Notes: generated by a model not told the origin, from the letters alone. 64,000 bases of DNA from Candidatus Omnitrophota bacterium (GCA_043803685.1 JAZDJU010000031.1:7114-71113), one strand, 5' to 3'. Shown: positions 17,694-25,614, numbered from the stretch's first letter. Program-made: numbers and translations.

Positions 17694-19025
17694 CTAATTA
17701 TCTCTCACTCTCATGGCGAAGCCGCGTTCCACCAACTTCTGATTTACATAGACGCTATTAATGAAAACATCCGCCAGGTAACGGTCATACTTGTCCGACT
17801 TGGAGGTTTTGACCAAAACCTCCGTTCCACGTTCCACGACCCACGCTCCACGTGCCTGCCCTTCACCCTTGTCCCCATTTTTTCCCGTGGACCGTGGCCC
17901 TTGTCCCGTGTCCCTGTTTTTCGTGTCCCTTGGCTCGTGGCTCGTGTCCCCATTTATCATTTGTTCTAAAAATACTTTCGCCTCCTTCCCTTCCTTGCTC
18001 ACCATCTCCGGCGCGTCAATGCCGCGCAGGCGCAGCGTCTGCACGCTCCGCACACCGAACCCCAGGTCCACCACCGCCTTCACCGTGTCGCCGTCCAGCA
18101 CTTCGATAATGGACGCGCGGTACGTGTAAAGGTCGTCCGCCGTGCGCTTCGAGAGTTTGATCTTGTCTGAAGGCGACGAACCTTCCGGCATCGCGAACAA
18201 AGCTTCAATGATCGCCCCTTCCTTGAAACCCAGAGGTCGCGACGTCCGGTAATAGTTCGAGAACCCGAGATCGATCACCATTTTCCCCACCTCAGGACCC
18301 ACAGTCGCCTTGACCATCCTATAAGTCCCGACTTTCCCCAGCTTCGCCGTGAGCTTCTCCTCCACGACCACGGGCGCCGTGACTTCACCCTTCGCCTCCT
18401 TGCGCCGTTTCACCTCTTCACGGATTTGATCGCGATTCCAATTTTCTTTGGCAGCTTTCTCTGTAAGCTCGTCACGGTCCTTAGAGTCATTCACGGCAAG
18501 AAGCTCCCGGTAATCTGACCAAGTCAACTTCCCCGCATGCGGGGAAATGGGGTACGCCCTGGCGAATTGGAGCATATACCCCAATTCCGTGTCACTCACG
18601 CCCAGGTCATTCGCAAGCCTGAGAAGCACCTGCTTCCCATAATCCGCTCTTTCCTTGTGCTGAAGCACATGCTCGTCAATGAGCTTGCCGATCTCCCAGT
18701 TCTCGCGCACCTTCTCTTGCGCTACCGCCTGCTCCACCCGTGCCTGACTCTCCCCCCTCGCCTTCCGAATCGCCGCCACCAGTTGGTCGTAAGTCGTTAC
18801 GGTCGCAGTAGACGATTGTCCTACGGTCACAGTAGACGCCTGTTCGCCAACTACTTCCGGCACGTCCTTCTGAAGAACTTGAGGAGTGTCCTGTGGAACC
18901 ACCTGCGGAGAATCCGTTTGTACTACCTCCGGAGCGTCAAGTGGGAGCGTCTGCTCCTCCGCCCTCAACGCGCCCGACGCCCCAAAAACCAGAAGAAATA
19001 AGATAACCGTCAGTTTCGTTTTCAT
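17694..19025 (-). CDS. Secreted DUF1016-N-like / thermonuclease (SNase) fusion protein
   Basis: Signal peptide. The middle part resembles the YhcG/DUF1016 N-terminal domain. The C-terminal SNase pattern (VLDGDTVK...LRLRGIDAPE...DKYDRYLADVF) is interrupted by a ~40-aa repeat-encoded insert. Confidence 0.7.
   Translation of the reverse strand: MKTKLTVILFLLVFGASGALRAEEQTLPLDAPEVVQTDSPQVVPQDTPQVLQKDVPEVVGEQASTVTVGQSSTATVTTYDQLVAAIRKARGESQARVEQAVAQEKVRENWEIGKLIDEHVLQHKERADYGKQVLLRLANDLGVSDTELGYMLQFARAYPISPHAGKLTWSDYRELLAVNDSKDRDELTEKAAKENWNRDQIREEVKRRKEAKGEVTAPVVVEEKLTAKLGKVGTYRMVKATVGPEVGKMVIDLGFSNYYRTSRPLGFKEGAIIEALFAMPEGSSPSDKIKLSKRTADDLYTYRASIIEVLDGDTVKAVVDLGFGVRSVQTLRLRGIDAPEMVSKEGKEAKVFLEQMINGDTSHEPRDTKNRDTGQGPRSTGKNGDKGEGQARGAWVVERGTEVLVKTSKSDKYDRYLADVFINSVYVNQKLVERGFAMRVRDN
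17822..17950. repeat. Composite CCACG/CGTGG repeat inserted in-frame inside the SNase domain
   Basis: Same periodic motif as the intergenic copies. It encodes DTSHEPRDTKNRDTGQGPRSTGKNGDKGEGQARGAWVVERGTE. Confidence 0.75.
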
Positions 19026-19105
19026 TTTAACCTCTAATTAAGTGATGTGCCTGCCCTGCGTAGCTTTAGCGGAGGAAGGCCCCCCGACTGGACAGGGTCG
19101 CCAGT

Positions 19106-19972
19106 CTACACTGTAGTCTTTTCAAGATAGGCGTTCTTTCGTTGTAATAAGTCTGACAGTCTTTTTTTCTCTTGAGTTACGGCGTCGATATGTTCAGCGC
19201 TTAATATCGAAGTGGACACCCACGCATGCGGCTCTCTTTTAACATCCCATAAAAAATGCACATCCATCGCCCTCGGACGGTTAATACCCCTTCCAGAATA
19301 TTTCCATGAAATTATCAACAAAACAGTTTCATCATTAAGTCCAGCGCTTGATGAATAAGCAATCTGCGTTTTTTCATCAACGTCAATATCCTTTTTACGC
19401 TCCACGCCTTGTTTGAGGCTTTTAATTATTTGTTTTTTCGCGTCTTTGTACCCAGGGATATCTATGTTGTTTTCGATTTTTATAATCTCCCAAACCAAAA
19501 CGAGGTCTTCCCCAGGAAGATTGCCCACATTAACCAGATTGATATTACCGTTTCTAACATCCCCCTCCACACCCAAAACCAGCCTTGCTCGGTTCATCAT
19601 AGCAAATTCCAAGGATTGTTCTCTCTGCGTGTTCGCTTGAATACAAACTCCTATCGAAGCGATCAAGATCGATGCCGCAGTAATAATATTTACGGGCTTT
19701 ATCTTGTAAACTCTCCCGCCAAGAATCATAAGAAGGGGAATCAGCCCCACCCACAAGTAACTTTTTCCGCCCCAACATAGCACCATTGAGAAAATTCCGA
19801 CTGGAATAAAAAACCAAAGAATGAATTCTGAGAATTTTTGAGGCATGAAGTTGCCGAACATTTCACGCACATCTTCTTTGAACGTAATTTCTCTGGGCTG
19901 TTCACTCTGGCAATGGCTGCACTTAGTTGCTTCTTCGCATATTTCTTCACAGCAGCACTTACATTTTTTCAT
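19106..19972 (-). CDS. Hypothetical membrane protein with N-terminal Cys-rich zinc-ribbon-like motif
   Basis: MKKCKCCCEEICEEATKCSHCQ, then 3 predicted TM segments and a soluble C-terminal domain. GGAGGG SD before the ATG at 19972. AT-rich. Confidence 0.5.
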   Translation of the reverse strand: MKKCKCCCEEICEEATKCSHCQSEQPREITFKEDVREMFGNFMPQKFSEFILWFFIPVGIFSMVLCWGGKSYLWVGLIPLLMILGGRVYKIKPVNIITAASILIASIGVCIQANTQREQSLEFAMMNRARLVLGVEGDVRNGNINLVNVGNLPGEDLVLVWEIIKIENNIDIPGYKDAKKQIIKSLKQGVERKKDIDVDEKTQIAYSSSAGLNDETVLLIISWKYSGRGINRPRAMDVHFLWDVKREPHAWVSTSILSAEHIDAVTQEKKRLSDLLQRKNAYLEKTTV

Positions 19973-20017
19973 AAATTCCCTCCAGGCCTCAAGGCGTCGA
20001 ACGATACCGGGCACCTT

Positions 20018-20050
20018 GGGGACGACTACTTTTGACTCACCTTACGCATC
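20018..20050 (-). promoter_or_regulatory. Conserved 33-nt upstream motif, copy 1
   Basis: 29/33 identical to 21724-21756 and 22/33 identical to 20753-20785. It lies 46 nt upstream of a start codon. Confidence 0.6.
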
Positions 20051-20117
20051 TGTCCGCAGAAGCTGTGTGGCGGGGACGGCGTCCGGCATACGATGCACGG
20101 ATTTTCTAAATATCATT

Positions 20118-20681
20118 TTATCCCAGTAATTTATCCCACCCTGCATTCGATATCGCACCTTTAAATATCACATTCTCCGGCTTAACCTCTATTTTTTTAT
20201 TTTCAAGAAGTAAATGCCAAACACCTTCATAATGCAAAATAGGGCCAGACCCTCCCAAAATATGCATGCCGAACAAATGAGGAACTTCCAACTTAATAGG
20301 CGTGGGAATTCCTGGCCGCAAAGAATACTTTCCGGTAACCTTACTATTACCATCAAAAAAACCTATCGACTGGAGCGATACGGAACCATTACCAGTCAAG
20401 CTAAAGCCACCCACATATTCCGCCCCTGTAACAATATATATTTTGTTAATATCTTTATTAACCACTTCCAGTAAAAGCCCTATTTGATATTTGTCAGTCT
20501 CTTTTTCAACATAATAAATATCAACTTTTTTACAAAATAAGTTCGAAACTCTTAAATTCCAAACAAACCAAATCACATAGAGCGCCAGACACAAAATAAA
20601 CACCCCAAAAACAATCCATGAAAACAATTTGAATGTACCAGAACCTTCTACGGCTGCCTTTAAAACATTCCATTGATCCAT
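20118..20681 (-). CDS. Hypothetical single-pass membrane protein
   Basis: 187-aa ORF with one TM segment followed by a beta-rich domain. AT-rich. No family recognised. Confidence 0.5.
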   Translation of the reverse strand: MDQWNVLKAAVEGSGTFKLFSWIVFGVFILCLALYVIWFVWNLRVSNLFCKKVDIYYVEKETDKYQIGLLLEVVNKDINKIYIVTGAEYVGGFSLTGNGSVSLQSIGFFDGNSKVTGKYSLRPGIPTPIKLEVPHLFGMHILGGSGPILHYEGVWHLLLENKKIEVKPENVIFKGAISNAGWDKLLG

Positions 20682-20752
20682 ATTATTTTCTCGCTTTTTT
20701 AAAATTATCGTCTAACGGCGTTGCGTGTTCTTAAGCACTGCTCCGCTGCCGT

Positions 20753-20785
20753 GGGAGCTGCTACTTTCGGCTCGTCTTGCGTCTC
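20753..20785 (-). promoter_or_regulatory. Conserved 33-nt upstream motif, copy 3 (more diverged)
   Basis: GGGAGCTGCTACTTTCGGCTCGTCTTGCGTCTC on the plus strand, ~70 nt upstream of the start at 20681. Confidence 0.5.
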
Positions 20786-20830
20786 CCCTGCGAAGCAGTA
20801 GAGTTTCAAACTCTGCCGAGCGTGCCAAAA

Positions 20831-21655
20831 CTATTGGAGTTTCGGCCCGCGGTCGGCAATCGGTTTACGCTTCCTGTTCTTCATCGACACCATTGCTAGA
20901 CCGCCTACCCCAAAGAGAAGCATCGACGCAGGTTCGGGTGTGACCGTGGCATGTTGTTTGATGATGCTCGCATCGAGTGCCACATTATAAAGTGCAGCAT
21001 CATCAAGACTGCCTGCGAAATAGCGGTATCGGGTACCGGCGTACAAAGAACTTCCCATTTCCAGCGGCTGATCATTCGTATTCTGTTCCAATCGATTCGG
21101 CTGTGAAGCCTTGAGATTTCCATCAATGTAAAGCTTCAGGTCGCTCATATCATAAGTTCCAGCCACATGATGCCACTTTCCATCAAAAACGTTATTTGCT
21201 CGAACCTCACTCCACCCATCGAGTCTGCCAAAAGCAAATTGTAGAGTTTGATCATCTTTCATGTATTGCAAACACCAACCATTGTGTCCATAAAATCCAT
21301 GGGATTTATCAAAAATTAGCGAGACGTTGCCCACTTGATCCCCGGCATTCGCTTTTAACCATAGTTCAACCGTCATTGCCCCGCTCAAAGAGTGAATGGC
21401 GCCAGAAGTCGTTGGGAAATTGACCCATTGATTGACCCCATTAAAGCTAAGCGCATGGCCAGAGACTCCGGTGACCCAGTTACTGTCAGTCATGTTTTGC
21501 AGGATGCCTGTATTTCCGTTGCCGGACACATCTGAAAGCGTGGTTCCGCTTCCTTGATCGAAATCCCATTTCCCAAGCACCTCGGCATATGCTTGCGTCC
21601 TGAATAATAGAACACAAGCGATGACGGCTAGCGATCCCACAATGCGTTTTCTCAT
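20831..21655 (-). CDS. LamG/concanavalin-like lectin domain protein with PEP-CTERM anchor
   Basis: Signal peptide and a LamG-like core (LDDAALYNVAL). The C-terminal TPEPASMLLFGVGGLAMVSMKNRKRK is a PEP-CTERM sorting signal. AGGAGG SD before the ATG at 21655. Confidence 0.7.
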   Translation of the reverse strand: MRKRIVGSLAVIACVLLFRTQAYAEVLGKWDFDQGSGTTLSDVSGNGNTGILQNMTDSNWVTGVSGHALSFNGVNQWVNFPTTSGAIHSLSGAMTVELWLKANAGDQVGNVSLIFDKSHGFYGHNGWCLQYMKDDQTLQFAFGRLDGWSEVRANNVFDGKWHHVAGTYDMSDLKLYIDGNLKASQPNRLEQNTNDQPLEMGSSLYAGTRYRYFAGSLDDAALYNVALDASIIKQHATVTPEPASMLLFGVGGLAMVSMKNRKRKPIADRGPKLQ

Positions 21656-21723
21656 GAACGACCTCCTGCTTGACAATTATTTTTGTTTTTCAAGATAGCT
21701 AGTTGAATGGTACCGGGGACCGC

Positions 21724-21756
21724 GGGGACGGCTACTTTTGGCTCACCTCACGTATC
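21724..21756 (-). promoter_or_regulatory. Conserved 33-nt upstream motif, copy 2
   Basis: GGGGACGGCTACTTTTGGCTCACCTCACGTATC on the plus strand, ~70 nt upstream of the start at 21655. Confidence 0.6.
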
Positions 21757-21782
21757 ACTTGAGGTGTCTGGTATTATTTTGT

Positions 21783-22382
21783 TTACCAATATTGAATGAA
21801 TGGTGCGCCAAACCCAACTCCCGCGCAAGCCCCCAAAAGCAAAAGAACGATTTGAGCTATAATCAACCAGTAGTTATAAGACTCTCTAACAACTACATAT
21901 TTAAAGTTCTTTTGATCTAAAGGCTTCCCTAGTCCCTTTTCTTTGGTGTATTGCAATTCCTCTTGGGCGATTGCGGAAAGCAATTTTTCAGGATCCTCCT
22001 TCGTTTCGATTAATTCCTTCAAAATAAATGCGCCCTTTTCGGTTTCAGTCTCTCCTACAACATGCAACCTATGTGACCAAAGAAGCATGTGCGCCACACC
22101 AGCCAAAAGAGATACAGCCCAAGAGGCAAGAGCAACGAGGGAGATGGTCAAATGAGAATCAGCAACTTCGCGGAAATAGCTGACACCTGAGATATACAAA
22201 AAAAACGCTCCCGCCGTACCGTTCAAAATTAATTTGCACACATCAAATTCAAATCGATTACTTTCCGCAAACGCTTCAACGGCGGCTTTATTCCGAGCAT
22301 CGACGGCCTTCAATATTCGTTCTATTGTTTGACGCAACGCTTCTTTACTTTCAATCAACTGAGCTGCCGTAAAATTTTCCAC
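21783..22382 (-). CDS. Hypothetical membrane protein
   Basis: 199-aa ORF with a GTG start, GGAG SD and 3 predicted TM segments. AT-rich. Confidence 0.5.
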   Translation of the reverse strand: MENFTAAQLIESKEALRQTIERILKAVDARNKAAVEAFAESNRFEFDVCKLILNGTAGAFFLYISGVSYFREVADSHLTISLVALASWAVSLLAGVAHMLLWSHRLHVVGETETEKGAFILKELIETKEDPEKLLSAIAQEELQYTKEKGLGKPLDQKNFKYVVVRESYNYWLIIAQIVLLLLGACAGVGFGAPFIQYW

Positions 22383-22443
22383 TTTCGTTAATCTCCGTGA
22401 AAACCGGACGGCGTCCGAGAGGGAGGGGTTAGCGTCCTAAATG

Positions 22444-22558
22444 AAAAAAGCGGGCGCGGGCCCGCTAGTGTCACTCTCTGGATTTTGTGTTGCGCCAAAA
22501 CGCCGACTGGTCCTGCATTCGCCATGCCCCAACCCTCATTTTCTTCTTCCGTCATTTT
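22444..22558 (-). promoter_or_regulatory. Duplicated ~115-nt leader ending in an intrinsic terminator, copy 1
   Basis: ~92% identical to 24328-24442. On the minus strand it ends GCGGGC-CCGC-GCCCGC-TTTTTT, 62 nt before the GTG start at 22382. Confidence 0.6.
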
Positions 22559-22724
22559 GATCTACAACTCCCCCTTCGACCGCTAAATACTCTACCCCTC
22601 TGGGATCAGTTTCAAGAAAAAACTCAACCCGCTAACCCGCCACCCCACCAGAGCCCTGATATAACACCTGATGATGATCCACATCCGCGTCCGAATCACC
22701 CCCCCACCCCCGTCCGCTGGCCAT

Positions 22725-22740
22725 ATATCATATATGATAT
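22725..22740. promoter_or_regulatory. Perfect 16-bp palindrome ATATCATATATGATAT (putative operator)
   Basis: Lies 25 nt downstream of the XRE stop. An inverted near-copy sits upstream of the XRE gene. Confidence 0.5.
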
Positions 22741-22764
22741 ACAGTCTCTCCCCCACGCGAAACC

Positions 22765-22983
22765 TCAAAGGATCTTCAAGCCCAACTTCAGAGTGTCATT
22801 GAGTCGAACGAGAAGGTCGAGCGAGAGGTTCTGGAGCCCTCTCTCGATCCTGGAAATATTAGCCTGGCGGGTCTTGAGCGTGCTGGCCAATGCCTGTTGC
22901 GTCAGGCCCTGCGCCTGTCTCGCTTCCGCCACCGCTTTCCCGATCTTCCTCTGGATCTCCGTCACCGAAGTTCTTCCCATCAC
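22765..22983 (-). CDS. XRE-family helix-turn-helix transcriptional regulator
   Basis: QGLTQQALASTLKTRQANISRIERGLQNLSLDLLVRL is a classic HTH_3 pattern. Confidence 0.8.
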   Translation of the reverse strand: MMGRTSVTEIQRKIGKAVAEARQAQGLTQQALASTLKTRQANISRIERGLQNLSLDLLVRLNDTLKLGLKIL

Positions 22984-23009
22984 TCGCTCCCCGCTGCCCC
23001 TCTTGCCGC

Positions 23010-23025
23010 ATATCCTATATGATAT
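23010..23025. promoter_or_regulatory. Putative operator ATATCCTATATGATAT upstream of the XRE gene
   Basis: 15/16 match to the palindrome at 22725-22740. With flanks, 21/22 nt form an inverted repeat (22719-22740 versus 23010-23031). It lies 27 nt upstream of the XRE start. Confidence 0.5.
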
Positions 23026-23072
23026 ATGGCCTTACTGCCCGCTTGACATCCAATCTGTGCATTTTTAAGTTT

Positions 23073-24305
23073 TTAGATCTTTTCATAGGTGATCCCCAGG
23101 ATGAACTTTATCCATTCTTTGTCGAGTTCGTTCATTTGAGCCTGGGAAAGGTGCTGTGTAAAACAATCATGTGACGTATTCATATCATTGGAAGCGTTTT
23201 CGCGTTCATATTTCAAATACTGCTCGAAAAAGTCCTTAAAAACGGGATGCCCTCTCTCGATGAAAAAATAAGTCAAACTCCACGACATCAAAGCAAACAT
23301 TTGTTCGTCTGATCTCGTCATTCCATAGCCCGGCCAGTGGGAGAACACCGCCATGGCATGCTCCAACTCCCCTTGTCCATAAAGAAAGTTTATGAATTCA
23401 AGCTTGGACAGGATTTCGCTTTTCGCATCTTTCTTTTCCAGCTTATAGCTGATGTACTGAGCGAGCCCTTCACTGGCAAACCGTGATGGCGAGCTGGCGT
23501 AAAAATTACCCAGCAAGCAATGCGCCATTCCATAAGCCATAGCATACCAATCCCAGGAGCCATCAAAATAGATCACTATTTCGTTCTCGTGGTTATCGAT
23601 AAACCCTTTAGAGCCATGACCGCCGAGTGGCCGCCCCCCACCCACGTCTTCGAACTTCTTTTTCCATTCATCCATCAACGTCAGGTATTCTGAATACCGT
23701 CCCACGATCAAGACCTTCACATAGGAAGCCGGTTTCTTTTCAGGACCCAGAATATCCGTCATCAGCTTCTTCTCCTTACGAAGAAGATCCCCCAAATGTT
23801 CGATCAAGGGTCGATGGTAGATCTCGGGAATATTGGTTTTGATGACAAACTCCTGATTCCCGAATACCTGTGCACCCGTCCAGGACGGCGCAGCTTTCAT
23901 GGCTTGGGCGAATTCCTTCTTTTCCTCGAGGGTGTTGAGCCGAGCTTCGATCTGTTCCTTTTGGTTTGAAAGATTTTTCTCCAATGCCTGCTTTAAAATC
24001 TGCTCGGCCCCCGGGAAATCCCCCTTCAACTCCAGAATTTGGTCATAAAAGTCATAAACGATCCATTCCTCAGGATGAGATTTCAAAAGCTGTTCGAACA
24101 GGGGTATCGATTTATTGAATTGGCCTCTCACACCGTAAAGGTAAGCCTTGTCCAGAGTATCGTGGAAGGTTGATGACGGGCTGACGCTCTTTAGCCCTTG
24201 TTCCGTGGCATTTGCAGCAGAAAGTTCGAAAGGCATCGAAAAAGCGGTAGTCAATACCAACCCGAAAACAATGATTAAACGGAACGCCCGTTCGACTTTG
24301 CTCAT
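23073..24305 (-). CDS. Secreted peptidase-MA-like (DUF1570-like) protein, catalytic motif apparently degenerate
   Basis: Signal peptide from MSKVERAF and a TPR-like N-terminal part. AYGMAHCLL...SEGLAQY sits where HExxH...EG.A.Y would be expected. Confidence 0.5.
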   Translation of the reverse strand: MSKVERAFRLIIVFGLVLTTAFSMPFELSAANATEQGLKSVSPSSTFHDTLDKAYLYGVRGQFNKSIPLFEQLLKSHPEEWIVYDFYDQILELKGDFPGAEQILKQALEKNLSNQKEQIEARLNTLEEKKEFAQAMKAAPSWTGAQVFGNQEFVIKTNIPEIYHRPLIEHLGDLLRKEKKLMTDILGPEKKPASYVKVLIVGRYSEYLTLMDEWKKKFEDVGGGRPLGGHGSKGFIDNHENEIVIYFDGSWDWYAMAYGMAHCLLGNFYASSPSRFASEGLAQYISYKLEKKDAKSEILSKLEFINFLYGQGELEHAMAVFSHWPGYGMTRSDEQMFALMSWSLTYFFIERGHPVFKDFFEQYLKYERENASNDMNTSHDCFTQHLSQAQMNELDKEWIKFILGITYEKI

Positions 24306-24327
24306 GGCTGACGTCCTGCCTATAAAA

Positions 24328-24442
24328 GAAAAAAGCGGGCGCGGGCCCGCGGGTGTCACTCTCTGGAATTTGTGGTGCGCCAAAACGCCGACTGGTCCTG
24401 CCTCTGCCATGCCCCGCCCCTCATTTTCTTCTTCCGTCATTT
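24328..24442 (-). promoter_or_regulatory. Duplicated ~115-nt leader ending in an intrinsic terminator, copy 2
   Basis: Same element as 22444-22558. Its terminator T-run ends 22 nt before the ATG at 24305. Confidence 0.6.
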
Positions 24443-24520
24443 GAGCCTGCCACTCCCTCTAAAATGATACCGTCACTTATGGTGTCGGTACCTTCTGCGA
24501 GGTTTATGTGAAGAACCTCT

Positions 24521-24560
24521 GCAAAAATGAAAAGGCGGTTTCCCTTTTGGAGGAAACCGC
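24521..24560 (-). terminator. Intrinsic terminator (minus strand) with no annotated gene upstream
   Basis: GGCGGTTTCC-8 nt-GGAAACCGCC stem, followed on the minus strand by TTTTCATTTTT. Confidence 0.6.
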
Positions 24561-24694
24561 CTCAGATAATACAAAAATCAAGACGCTATCACCCTTCGGG
24601 GTGCTTGATCGATCAAAACACAGGTCGGATTCTCTACCTCTCCCGGGCGAGTTTCAACAAATTTTATCGATTTTTTCTTTAAACGGGACGGCAT

Positions 24695-24760
24695 TTCCCC
24701 TCTTTCGAGGGTGGGGTCAGGGCCTGCCTGCCGGCAGGCAGGGAGATCTTTGAAATCCCC
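24695..24760. repeat. CCCCTCTTT-type repeat containing a perfect 20-bp palindrome
   Basis: TCCCCTCTTTCGAGGG...GGGAGATCTTTGAAATCCCCC, with CCTGCCTGCCGGCAGGCAGG at 24722-24741. Related to the array at 13971-14106. Confidence 0.7.
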
Positions 24761-25089
24761 CACAGCTCCTCCAGGCCATATAGCTTTTAAGCTATACGGC
24801 AACACTTACCACTTACCCACTCCGCACTAATCCAATTTGATACGGGAAAAGTTTCAAGAAATAATAAAAAAAAGACCGGAGACTGCTGACTACAGACTTG
24901 AGTACTTGCTCTTGAAAGCAATTACGCCTGCCCCCAAATCCAACCTCCCGGATTAGAAGGGGTCGTGTAGCTGAAATAAAGTCTCTCTTCCATCCAACAC
25001 GCTTTAACTAGCAATTTCTAGCATTCTAACTTTTTACTTTATTGCATATTTAGGTTGATTTTAATGGAACTTTATGATACCTTATCCGC

Positions 25090-25614
25090 ATGAAAAAGAT
25101 GGCCCCGCTCAACCTCAACGCAATCGCATCCGGGATCTATCTGATCCGAGGCAAAAAAGTGATGCTTGACCGAGATCTCGCGGTTCTTTACGGGGTCAGC
25201 ACAAAACATCTTAAGAGACAAGTCCGGAGGAACCGCAACAGATTTCCCGAAGATTTTATGTTCGAACTTTCGGACGAGGAGACCCGAATTTGGAGGCGCC
25301 AATTTGGCACCTCCAATTTGAAAGACAAGATGGGACTTCGGTATTCCCCCTTCGCTTTCACAGAGCACGGCATCCTGATGCTCTCTAGCGTTCTGAACAG
25401 TGAGAAAGCCGCCCAGATCAACATCGCCATTATGCGTGTTTTTTTACGGCTCCGGGAAATGATCATGACAAACAGCGCCCTTGCTCTTCGCCTTGAGAGA
25501 GTCGACAGGACTGTCGAGCATCACGACCGGAAGATCCGCGACCTCTACCGGATCGTGACGAGATTTTCCGCAACAGAGAAAAAAGCCAAAGGCCCCATCG
25601 GTTTTCAGCCATAG
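25090..25614 (+). CDS. ORF6N (KilA-N-related) domain protein
   Basis: IYLIRGKKVMLDRDLAVLYGVSTKHLKRQVRRNRNRFPEDFMFEL...FTEHGILMLSSVLNS matches the ORF6N pattern. Confidence 0.8.
   Translation: MKKMAPLNLNAIASGIYLIRGKKVMLDRDLAVLYGVSTKHLKRQVRRNRNRFPEDFMFELSDEETRIWRRQFGTSNLKDKMGLRYSPFAFTEHGILMLSSVLNSEKAAQINIAIMRVFLRLREMIMTNSALALRLERVDRTVEHHDRKIRDLYRIVTRFSATEKKAKGPIGFQP

Noticed and set aside
20795-20815. A sigma-54 promoter (TGGCACG...) on the minus strand upstream of the 20118..20681 gene.
   Set aside because: The -24-like TGGCAC is present, but the -12 element at the correct spacing reads GCAG rather than TTGC. No enhancer-binding protein gene is nearby.
19106-22382. An integron cassette array (small co-oriented ORFs separated by conserved intergenic elements).
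   Set aside because: There is no intI gene. The conserved 33-nt motif lacks the R''/L''...L'/R' inverted core-site architecture (RYYYAAC...GTTRRRY) of attC, and the spacers are not imperfect palindromes of attC size.
22388-22555. A 55-codon ORF inside leader copy 1. The equivalent frame in copy 2 runs into the 23073..24440 ORF.
   Set aside because: Differences between the two copies are mostly non-synonymous (R/W, E/N, H/Q, F/I, P/L). The frame runs through a GC-rich terminator hairpin. In copy 2 it would place 45 residues ahead of an obvious signal peptide. A short regulatory uORF cannot be excluded.
22765-25614. A prophage or ICE (XRE repressor plus ORF6N/KilA-N-like protein).
   Set aside because: There are no integrase, replication, structural, lysis or conjugation genes, and no flanking att repeats were identified. 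At most this is a remnant.
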